Shown here: positions 30,034 through 37,583 of the stretch, piece by piece | Layout: each line of letters begins with the position of its first letter | Position numbering within the stretch: position 1 is the first letter of the stretch | Origin: an uncultured Nitrospiraceae bacterium | Lineage (GTDB): Bacteria; Nitrospirota; Nitrospiria; Nitrospirales; Nitrospiraceae | DNA: 64,000 bases | Assembly (NCBI GenBank): GCA_963846575.1 | Contig: CAWJWJ010000001.1 | Location: 128,001 to 192,000 of the forward strand | Direction of reading: 5' to 3' | Made by a program: the position numbers and the translations under genes | The notes under the pieces: generated by a model | What the model was told of the DNA's origin: nothing | The model's database searches: none | The model's input: only the letters and a program-made list of their open reading frames with translations

Positions 30034-30065
30034 CCGGTCATATTGATGCAGATGGAGGTGCACTG

Positions 30066-30386
30066 ATGAGCTTTACAATTACTCCCAAGGATTTAAAGGC
30101 GAGGCTGGATAAGGGCGACAAACTCGTACTCGTGGACGTCCGGGAGCCGTGGGAATATGCTCTGGCCAAACTAGAAGGATCGGTGCTGGTTCCGTTAGCA
30201 ACCCTTCAACAGTCGCTCGGCAAACTCGATCGCAATTCTGAAATCATCGCGTATTGCCACCATGGCATGAGAAGTGCGGATGCGACGGGATTTCTGCTGC
30301 AACAAGGGTTTGGAAATGTAAAGAATTTGATCGGAGGCATCGACGCCTGGTCTACCCAAGTCGACCCATCCGTCCCCCGTTACTAA
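30066..30386 (+). CDS. Rhodanese-like sulfurtransferase
   Basis: VDVREPWE, YCHHGMRS, GGIDAW, DPSVPRY; GGAGGTG RBS. Confidence 0.92.
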   Translation: MSFTITPKDLKARLDKGDKLVLVDVREPWEYALAKLEGSVLVPLATLQQSLGKLDRNSEIIAYCHHGMRSADATGFLLQQGFGNVKNLIGGIDAWSTQVDPSVPRY

Positions 30387-30395
30387 CGCAAGCTT

Positions 30396-31319
30396 TTACC
30401 CGATTTGTTCTCGGAAATACTCGACCGTCCGCCGCAACCCCTCACGGAGATCAACCCTGGACTCCCACCCCAGGTCATGGTGAAGTTTAGCAGAATCGAT
30501 GACACTCCTCGCTTGCTCGCCTCTCTTCGCCGGACCGTGTAATTCCTTGAACTCAACCTTGGTAAGTTCCACCACGACCCGGAATAAATCGTTGATGGAG
30601 GTCTCGATGCCCGTACCGACGTTGTACACTCCCTCGACGTCGAGACCCATTGCCATCAAATTGGCCTCGACCACATCCTCGACATATACAAAGTCTCTGG
30701 TCTGTCGACCATTTCCATTCACCACCGCTTGCTCGCCATGGAGCATTTTCTGAATAAAAATTGCGACGACACCAGCTTCTCCTTCAGGATCCTGCCGCGG
30801 TCCATAAACATTGGCATATCGCAGACTCACGACCTGAATACCGCTCGAACGATGGTAATATGACAGGTAGTGCTCCCCGCACAATTTACTGATGCCATAA
30901 GGGGAAGCTGGCTGAGTGACATGGCTTTCCGGCGCTGGAAAGGTGACCTGTTCTCCATAGATGGCTCCGCCGGAAGAGGAAAAAATGACCTTCCTCGCCC
31001 CATGCTTGGAAGCCTGTTCGAGCACATTCAGCGTCCCGAGAACATTGACCTGCGCATCGAACATCGGGTCCTCCACCGAACGGCGGACATTCATTTGCGC
31101 AGCCAAATGAAAAACCACGGAGGGTCGCTCGTTGCGAAAGATCCGTTCTAGTTTTTGATTTTCGATATCTAGCTTATAGAATTGGACCAGTTTGGGGACA
31201 TTCTTTCGCTTTCCCGTAACAAGATTATCAACAACGACCACCTCGTGCCCTTCCTGGAGCAGGCGATCCACCACATGCGACCCGATAAACCCCGCCCCTC
31301 CCGTAACTAAAACTTTCAT
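30396..31319 (-). CDS. NAD-dependent epimerase/dehydratase (UDP-glucose 4-epimerase-like)
   Basis: GGAGFIG, SSSGGAIYG, YGISK, NVYGPRQ. Confidence 0.92.
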   Translation of the reverse strand: MKVLVTGGAGFIGSHVVDRLLQEGHEVVVVDNLVTGKRKNVPKLVQFYKLDIENQKLERIFRNERPSVVFHLAAQMNVRRSVEDPMFDAQVNVLGTLNVLEQASKHGARKVIFSSSGGAIYGEQVTFPAPESHVTQPASPYGISKLCGEHYLSYYHRSSGIQVVSLRYANVYGPRQDPEGEAGVVAIFIQKMLHGEQAVVNGNGRQTRDFVYVEDVVEANLMAMGLDVEGVYNVGTGIETSINDLFRVVVELTKVEFKELHGPAKRGEQARSVIDSAKLHHDLGWESRVDLREGLRRTVEYFREQIG

Positions 31320-31489
31320 ACCTGTTCTCGCCTCTCATTCCCGACAGCCATGAATAGCCCCTGAGCGAATATTCGAAGGTCAGCGTACACCTTCTCCATC
31401 CTTGGGCAAAGCGTTTTCGTTTGACACTACGAATGTTAGATCACGACACTTCCTTACCGACTGGTCCACATTTGCATTCGGAGAGACTT

Positions 31490-32245
31490 TTACTCCTGCC
31501 GCCGAAACCAGGCCAACATTTCCCGATTTCCCTTGCGCCCCTCAATGGGCGACTCCATTCGGCCCGCTAACATCCACCCCAGCTGATGGGCACAAGTCAC
31601 TACTTTTTTAGCCGACTCCTGCCGCAAACCGTCATCTCGAACAATCCCTCCTCGTCCGACAAGACCTTTTCCCACCTCGAACTGAGGTTTGATCAAGGTG
31701 ATAATGGAGCCTGAATCTTTCAAATATGGCACGACGCAAGGCAAGACAATGGTGAGCGAGATAAACGAGACGTCGATGACGATCAGGTCGATTGGATCGC
31801 GGATAAACCCCTCCTCAAGATACCGAACGTTGGTTCGCTCCTTGAGCAACACGCGGGGATCTTGCCGAAGCCGCCAGTCGAACTGCCCATACCCGACATC
31901 GATGGCGTAGACGCGCACTGCACCTCGTTGCAGAAGACAATCAGTGAATCCGCCTGTGGAACAGCCGACATCAAAACAGACCATTCCTGTCGGATCGAAC
32001 TGAAAATGCTCCAAGGCCGCGGCTAACTTCTCACCGCCTCGCCCAACATAGGGGGATCCGCGCCCCGCCACCACTACTTCTGCGTCCGGCAGGATCACTT
32101 TCGCCGCCTTGTCCACTACCAGTCCATTCACATGAACGAGGCCGGCGAGAATTAGCCTGGCCGCGTCCTCGCGACTCGCCACTAATCCGCGACTGACAAG
32201 TGCGCGGTCGAGCCGCTCACGCTCTGGACGTAGTTTTTGCACCAT
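31490..32245 (-). CDS. tlyA: TlyA family rRNA 2'-O-methyltransferase
   Basis: S4 domain, YVGRGGEKL, DVGCSTGGFTD, DVSFISL, KPQFE. Confidence 0.95.
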   Translation of the reverse strand: MVQKLRPERERLDRALVSRGLVASREDAARLILAGLVHVNGLVVDKAAKVILPDAEVVVAGRGSPYVGRGGEKLAAALEHFQFDPTGMVCFDVGCSTGGFTDCLLQRGAVRVYAIDVGYGQFDWRLRQDPRVLLKERTNVRYLEEGFIRDPIDLIVIDVSFISLTIVLPCVVPYLKDSGSIITLIKPQFEVGKGLVGRGGIVRDDGLRQESAKKVVTCAHQLGWMLAGRMESPIEGRKGNREMLAWFRRQE

Positions 32246-32309
32246 GGCAAGGCGGGAGATTCAAGACTCTGAGAACCAGGGGCGCACAGATCAGACGACA
32301 AACACTTTG

Positions 32310-32558
32310 TCACTGAGAAGGATCAGGCTCATCCTCACCGAGAGTAAACGCTTGAATTCTCTTTTTCCCATCCTTTTCCTGCACCAGGATCTCAACCTTC
32401 CGTTCCGCATCCTCCAGCATTTTGAGGCAGGTCTTCGACAGCCTGATCCCTTCCTCAAATATCTTCAATGAGTCATCGAGCGGCAGATCGCCCTTCTCCA
32501 GTTCAGCGACGATCGTTTCCAATCTCGCCATGGCATATTCAAATTTAATCGCTGCCAC
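32310..32558 (-). CDS. xseB: Exodeoxyribonuclease VII small subunit
   Basis: FEYAMARLETIVAELEKGDLPLDDSLKIFEEG. Confidence 0.95.
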   Translation of the reverse strand: MAAIKFEYAMARLETIVAELEKGDLPLDDSLKIFEEGIRLSKTCLKMLEDAERKVEILVQEKDGKKRIQAFTLGEDEPDPSQ

Positions 32559-32615
32559 CGCATCTCCCTTGCTGATTCATAGGCCAACGCATTATTGCCC
32601 GCCTCCTCTGGCAGG

Positions 32616-33974
32616 TCAAGATACCGGGTGAGACAACACCTCTTTGACAACACACACCAAGCAACCTTCGGAAAGCCGAGCCCGAAGCACCTCTCCCGCC
32701 TGCACCTCTGAGGCGCGCCGCACGACCCGTCCAGATGGCACGGTTTGAAGGACGCTATACCCTCGCTTCAAGATCGCAAGAGGACTGAGAGCATCCAGCG
32801 CCGCCATGTGCGTGTCGACTGATTGTCTTCTGCAGAAAAGTCCGCGCCGAGCTTCCTGCTCCAGACGCTTACGTAGCTGGGGAACTAATACCCTCGAGGC
32901 GCGCATCATGCGTTGTGGGCTCTGACTCAGCAACGCATGATGTCGTTCCGACCTGACACGATATAGCAGATTCAGTCGTTCTGTCAGAAACCGCAGCAAC
33001 TCGTCACTCAATTCGTCCAGACGTTGGGCTTGTGCTTGCAGGCGAAACCGCGTTTCGCGCAGGAGCCGGAATGACATGTCAAGACGATGGCGTTGCGTCA
33101 CGACAAAGGTCTGCATTGTGCGGCGCAGGCGGAGACTCACTTCTTCCAGTCGATCAATCAGTTCTCCCAGCACCGGCACGACCGCTTCGGCCGCCGCAGA
33201 AGGAGTCGGAGCGCGGTAATCCGCGGCAAAGTCCGAGAGGGTGACATCAGTTTCGTGGCCGACCGCCGAAACGACCGGCACTCTGGACTGGACGATGGCC
33301 CGAACGACAGCTTCCTCATTAAATGCCCATAGATCTTCCGAAGTGCCCCCGCCCCGACCGACGATGAGGACTTCCACCTCCGGGACGGCGCTTAACGCCA
33401 TAATAGCATCCGCGATGTACCCGGCGGCACCTTCTCCTTGAACGGGAACGGGGGCAATGAGGACATGCACGAGCGGACAGCGACGATGAAGCACGGCCAG
33501 AATGTCGCGAATGGCGGCACCCGTGCTGGATGTCACAACGCCGACGGTTCTGGGAAAGGGAGGTACGGGACGCTTACGCGCTTCTTCGAACAGTCCCTCC
33601 CGAGCCAACCGTTCCTTCAGCTGTTCAAACGCTAACTGAAACGCCCCGATGCCCTGGGGCTCGACCGTATCGATCACGAGTTGGTATTCGCCGCGCGGCT
33701 CATACACCGAGATACGCCCGCGCGCGATAATCGCCATGCCTTCCCGAATGGCGAACCGAAGTCGCGACACACCGGAACGAAAAAATACGGCCCGCAGCTG
33801 GCTCTGCTCGTCCTTCAGCGTGAGATACAGATGCCCGGAATTCGGTGAGCGAAGGTTGGATACTTCCCCTTCAATCCAAACATTTCGAAACTCTTGTTCG
33901 AGGGACTCGCGGATAAGCCGTGTGACGTCGGATACGGAGAGGAGAACTGGGAGGGAAGGGTTACGCCCGGTCAT
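32616..33974 (-). CDS. xseA: Exodeoxyribonuclease VII large subunit
   Basis: VWIEGEVSN, SGHLY, GRGGG, VSAVGHETD, RAPTPSAAAE, LSPLAILKRGY. Confidence 0.97.
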   Translation of the reverse strand: MTGRNPSLPVLLSVSDVTRLIRESLEQEFRNVWIEGEVSNLRSPNSGHLYLTLKDEQSQLRAVFFRSGVSRLRFAIREGMAIIARGRISVYEPRGEYQLVIDTVEPQGIGAFQLAFEQLKERLAREGLFEEARKRPVPPFPRTVGVVTSSTGAAIRDILAVLHRRCPLVHVLIAPVPVQGEGAAGYIADAIMALSAVPEVEVLIVGRGGGTSEDLWAFNEEAVVRAIVQSRVPVVSAVGHETDVTLSDFAADYRAPTPSAAAEAVVPVLGELIDRLEEVSLRLRRTMQTFVVTQRHRLDMSFRLLRETRFRLQAQAQRLDELSDELLRFLTERLNLLYRVRSERHHALLSQSPQRMMRASRVLVPQLRKRLEQEARRGLFCRRQSVDTHMAALDALSPLAILKRGYSVLQTVPSGRVVRRASEVQAGEVLRARLSEGCLVCVVKEVLSHPVS

Positions 33975-34014
33975 GCCTCACCGAGACATAGGGACGAATC
34001 GCAGGGACCAATGA

Positions 34015-34794
34015 TCAATCCACCACTCGAATCCGCTCGATGGCCAGAGCTTTGCCAACTGTGGCGTCGAGATCGAGCAAGACCGCGCAGAACACGGTCG
34101 GTCCGGATGCCACCTCGAAACGGCGGGGCATGCCCGTGAGAAACTTTTCGATCGCCAACTCTTTTTTTATTCCGATGACCGAATGCAAGGGGCCAGTCAT
34201 TCCTATATCGGTTATATAGGCCGTACCCTTGGGCAGAATTTGCTCGTCCGCGGTTTGCACATGGGTATGCGTTCCTGCCACAGCCGTCACCAGCCCGTCC
34301 AGGTAATGTGCCATTGCCATCTTCTCAGAAGTGGCCTCCGCATGCATGTCAACCACGATGGCGGCCGCCTGCGTCTTCAGACGCTCAACCTCTCGCTTGC
34401 CCACCTGGAAGGGACAATCGATGGTCGGCATGAATGCCCGCCCCATGAGATGGAGAATGCCCAGAGACTCGCCACCCGGGGTTGTGAACACATAACTGCC
34501 GCGCCCCGGCACACCAGAGGGATAATTGGCCGGACGCAGGAGACGAGGTTCGCGCGGGAACACTTCAAGAATCTCTTTTTTGTCCCATGCGTGATTCCCA
34601 GTGGTGATCACCGACACGCCCAGATCGAAGAGGTCATCCACCAAGTCCGGAGTGATCCCGAACCCGCCTGCGACATTCTCGCCATTTCCGATTACGACAT
34701 CAACGGCGTGCTTTGCGATGAGTTTAGGCAGCAGGCGAGCCACGGCTCTTCGCCCCGGCTCGCCCATGATATCGCCGATCATCAGAACCTTCAT
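34015..34794 (-). CDS. ymdB: YmdB-like metallophosphoesterase
   Basis: IGDIMG, NGEN, TTGNH, DMHAEATSEK, GTHTHV, DIGMTG; conserved position after rny. Confidence 0.92.
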   Translation of the reverse strand: MKVLMIGDIMGEPGRRAVARLLPKLIAKHAVDVVIGNGENVAGGFGITPDLVDDLFDLGVSVITTGNHAWDKKEILEVFPREPRLLRPANYPSGVPGRGSYVFTTPGGESLGILHLMGRAFMPTIDCPFQVGKREVERLKTQAAAIVVDMHAEATSEKMAMAHYLDGLVTAVAGTHTHVQTADEQILPKGTAYITDIGMTGPLHSVIGIKKELAIEKFLTGMPRRFEVASGPTVFCAVLLDLDATVGKALAIERIRVVD

Positions 34795-34804
34795 ACGCAG
34801 TTAC

Positions 34805-36373
34805 TCATTTTGCGAAATCGACAAATCGGCTCTCCCGAATCACCGTGACCTTGATCTGGCCGGGGTAGGTCAACTCCTGCTCGATTTTCTTAGCCAAGTC
34901 ACGAGACAGTTGGAAACATTCCGGGTCGGTCAGATCTTCCTGTTTTACTATGACACGGATTTCGCGGCCGGCTTGAATCGCATAGGCCTTCTGAACGCCC
35001 TTATGGACGGTCGCCAGCGACTCCAATTTCTCTAGCCGCTTCACATAGGACTCCAGCGCTTCGCGTCGAGCACCCGGGCGCGCCGCGGACAGCGCTTCAG
35101 CTGCCGCCACCAGCACCGTTTCCGGACAAATCGGCTCTACCTGCTCGTGATGTGCCGCGATCGCGTTCACCACCTTGGCACTTTCGCCGTACTTTTTAGC
35201 GATCTCAGCACCCAACATGGCATGTGGACCCTCTTCTTCATGGCTCACCGCCTTACCAATGTCATGTAACAGGGCGCCTCGCTTGGCGAGCTTGACATCC
35301 AGTTTCAGCTCAGATGCCATGATCCCGCAGATGTAGGCAGCCTCCCGGGCGTGGTACAGATTATTCTGTCCGTAACTGGTTCGATACTTGAGACGGCCCA
35401 GCACCTTGACCAACTCGGGATGGAAATCGGACAATCCGACTTCGAAGATTACCTTCTCGGCCTCTTCAATCATCAGCTTCTCGATATCCACCTTAACCTT
35501 TTCGACAATTTCTTCAATGCGGGTTGGATGGATACGGCCATCGTGCATGAGCCGTTCAAGCGATACCTTGGCAATCTCACGCCGAAGCGGATCGAATCCT
35601 GAAATAATGACCGCCTCCGGCGTCTCATCGATGATAAGGTCGATTCCCGTAGCCGCTTCGATCGCACGAATGTTTCTGCCCTCTCGACCGATAATCCGTC
35701 CCTTCATGGCATCGTTGGCAATCGGCACAACCGAGATCGTTGCCTCGTTCACGTAGTCACGAGTCACCCGCTGAATTGAACTTGCAATGATTTCTCGTGC
35801 TTCCCGATCCGCATTTTCCTTCGCCTCTTCGAGCATGCGTTTCGCCAGACCGGCCGCTTCCAAGCGAGCTTGGCTTTCCATCTCCTGGATCAGCTGTCGC
35901 TTGGCTTCCTCGGCGGTCAGGCTCGCCACCCGCTCCAGTGCTTCGCGATGCTGCTTGACTGCCAGCAGACAGGCCGCTTCCTTTTGCGCCAACCCCTCTT
36001 CCCGCTTGATAAGTTCCTGCTCACGCCTCAGCAGGTCCTGATCGCGCTTTTCGAGGACACTCACCTTCTTATCAACGTTTTCTTCCCGTTGCGAGACTCG
36101 ACGCTCCGTATGAGCAAACTCCGCGAGCTTCGTTTTCTGTTCTTTCTCCAGTTCAATTTTTGCCTGGAACACCAAGTCCTTGGCTTCCAACTTGGCCTCT
36201 TTGACCAAATTCTCCGCTTCACGCTGGGCTGACTGGACGACGTTAGCAGACTGATTCTCAGCCTCTGCTCGGCGCGCCAAAACCGACCGGCGGCGCAGGA
36301 ATTCATAGGCACCGGCACCCAACACCGCTCCCACTAGTCCGATAATGATGTATGCAACGACGCTGAGAGAAAT
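34805..36373 (-). CDS. rny: Ribonuclease Y
   Basis: TM anchor, coiled coil, KH (KGRIIGREGRNIR), HD (LLHDIGK). Start uncertain: ATT at 36373 fits the SD spacing best; GTG 36382 and GTG 36415 are alternatives. Confidence 0.95.
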   Translation of the reverse strand: MSLSVVAYIIIGLVGAVLGAGAYEFLRRRSVLARRAEAENQSANVVQSAQREAENLVKEAKLEAKDLVFQAKIELEKEQKTKLAEFAHTERRVSQREENVDKKVSVLEKRDQDLLRREQELIKREEGLAQKEAACLLAVKQHREALERVASLTAEEAKRQLIQEMESQARLEAAGLAKRMLEEAKENADREAREIIASSIQRVTRDYVNEATISVVPIANDAMKGRIIGREGRNIRAIEAATGIDLIIDETPEAVIISGFDPLRREIAKVSLERLMHDGRIHPTRIEEIVEKVKVDIEKLMIEEAEKVIFEVGLSDFHPELVKVLGRLKYRTSYGQNNLYHAREAAYICGIMASELKLDVKLAKRGALLHDIGKAVSHEEEGPHAMLGAEIAKKYGESAKVVNAIAAHHEQVEPICPETVLVAAAEALSAARPGARREALESYVKRLEKLESLATVHKGVQKAYAIQAGREIRVIVKQEDLTDPECFQLSRDLAKKIEQELTYPGQIKVTVIRESRFVDFAK

Positions 36374-36444
36374 GGGAACCACCTCCCTTACGGCAGCGGG
36401 ACAGCACGCTGTCACCCTGCAAATAAACGCACCTAGGGTTTTAG

Positions 36445-36897
36445 GGGAGCAAAGAGTTATGATTATGAAAGGAAAGCTAACGCGAAAGGGGGAAAACCTG
36501 ACCTCTTGAGCCAGTGGAAACGAACTGTGGAATCGCTGTCTCTAATTCAAGTGGAGGGGTGGTCGCCCCCGACCCGAATCAATTCTCCTGTCACATCTCA
36601 GGCGAAGGGATTGACCCCGCCTGATGGGAACAGGAATGTGTACTGGGCAAATCAGAGCCCGGGATACAGCTGCACGAACGTGCTCGGTACCCAGAAAGTT
36701 CCGCGCCTTGCCAACCTGCTTCATAAACGCACATGCACTGGCCGCGTAGCCAACCCACACCACCACCACCACATTGAAAAGCACTACAAAATCAAGCGAT
36801 TCCATATTTTTAGCGCTCAAAGACTCTTCAGATTGTCCGTCCTTATTCGAAGCTTCCTTTCCTCTCCTGCCCTTGTTGACCATCAGGTCAATACAAC
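36445..36897 (-). ncRNA. ssrS: Probable 6S RNA (ssrS), unusually long
   Basis: zapA-[RNA]-rny synteny and an upstream promoter. Nested inverted repeats (36467-36478/36851-36861; 36506-36511/36815-36820; 36528-36537/36795-36804; 36546-36550/36774-36778) form a rod with a central bubble. Ends approximate. Confidence 0.65.
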
Positions 36898-36903
36898 ACG
36901 GAA

Positions 36904-36932
36904 ACGATAACAAAGGAGTGATGTGAAAGCAA
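36904..36932 (-). promoter_or_regulatory. sigma70 promoter for the 6S-like RNA (and possibly rny)
   Basis: TTGCTT, 17 nt, TATCGT with an extended TG, immediately after the zapA stop. Confidence 0.6.
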
Positions 36933-36940
36933 GGCGAAAC

Positions 36941-37237
36941 TCATCGGGACAACATGGAAGGCATCTGTTGATCGATCGAATCCATGAGGGAAGCCATGCG
37001 GCGATCGGCATCGGCCTCGCCCTGGCGGTTTTTTCGCTCCGACTCCATCAATTCATGGGCAAGATTGAATGCCGCGAGCACTGCCAATTTGGCGGGAGTA
37101 GCGGACCGCAGCCCAGCCGCCACCTTCTTCATCTGAGTATCGACCAGTTCCGCAAGCTTTTTCACATAGGATTCATCCGCTTCGCCGGTGATGGCATAAC
37201 GCTGGCCGTAGATTTCCACGTCAATGGTCTTAGTCAA
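36941..37237 (-). CDS. zapA: Cell division protein ZapA
   Basis: VEIYGQRY, YVKKLAELVDTQM, LAVLAAFNLAHEL; TTG start after AAGGAGGTG. Confidence 0.92.
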   Translation of the reverse strand: MTKTIDVEIYGQRYAITGEADESYVKKLAELVDTQMKKVAAGLRSATPAKLAVLAAFNLAHELMESERKNRQGEADADRRMASLMDSIDQQMPSMLSR

Positions 37238-37484
37238 ACGCCACCTCCTTGGATTCATCCAGGCATTCCAATAGATCGATTTCGCCGAGCACCTTCTCGA
37301 TGCGTGAGCGTATATCGACCCGCTCCTGTTCCCAACGTCGATTCTCGTCGTCGCGCACCGCAACCTGTTCACGCGCTAGGCGAAGCTCATCCTCCAAGGA
37401 GGCATTCTTTCGCTTGACGTCCTGAACGAGTTTCACCAGGTCGCGAATACGAATTTCAAGAGCATCGAGACGATCTAAAGTCAT
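37230..37484 (-). CDS. zapB: Cell division protein ZapB-like coiled coil
   Basis: LDALEIRIRDLV...WEQERVDIRSRIEKVL; directly upstream of zapA. Confidence 0.75.
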   Translation of the reverse strand: MTLDRLDALEIRIRDLVKLVQDVKRKNASLEDELRLAREQVAVRDDENRRWEQERVDIRSRIEKVLGEIDLLECLDESKEVAFD

Positions 37485-37539
37485 GGCATATCCTCATGTC
37501 AAAGTGGGTGGTTCTTATACGCATCGATCACGGAGGCGA

Positions 37540-37568
37540 AATATAGGAAGTTCACTTCTGCTTGTCAA
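37540..37568 (-). promoter_or_regulatory. sigma70 promoter for zapB-zapA
   Basis: TTGACA, 17 nt, TATATT. Confidence 0.75.
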
Positions 37569-37583
37569 GAAAACGGGGGTCCA

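Noticed and set aside
36542..36805. Val-rich ORF (MESLDFVVLFNVVVVVWV...) as a leader peptide or small membrane protein
   Set aside because: The GTG run forms one arm of the 6S-like stem, there is no SD, and the downstream gene is not an amino-acid biosynthesis gene. A dual function cannot be fully excluded.
36855..36868. GAGGAAAG on the minus strand as an RNase P signature
   Set aside because: It is not followed by TCC and the 3' P4 partner is absent.
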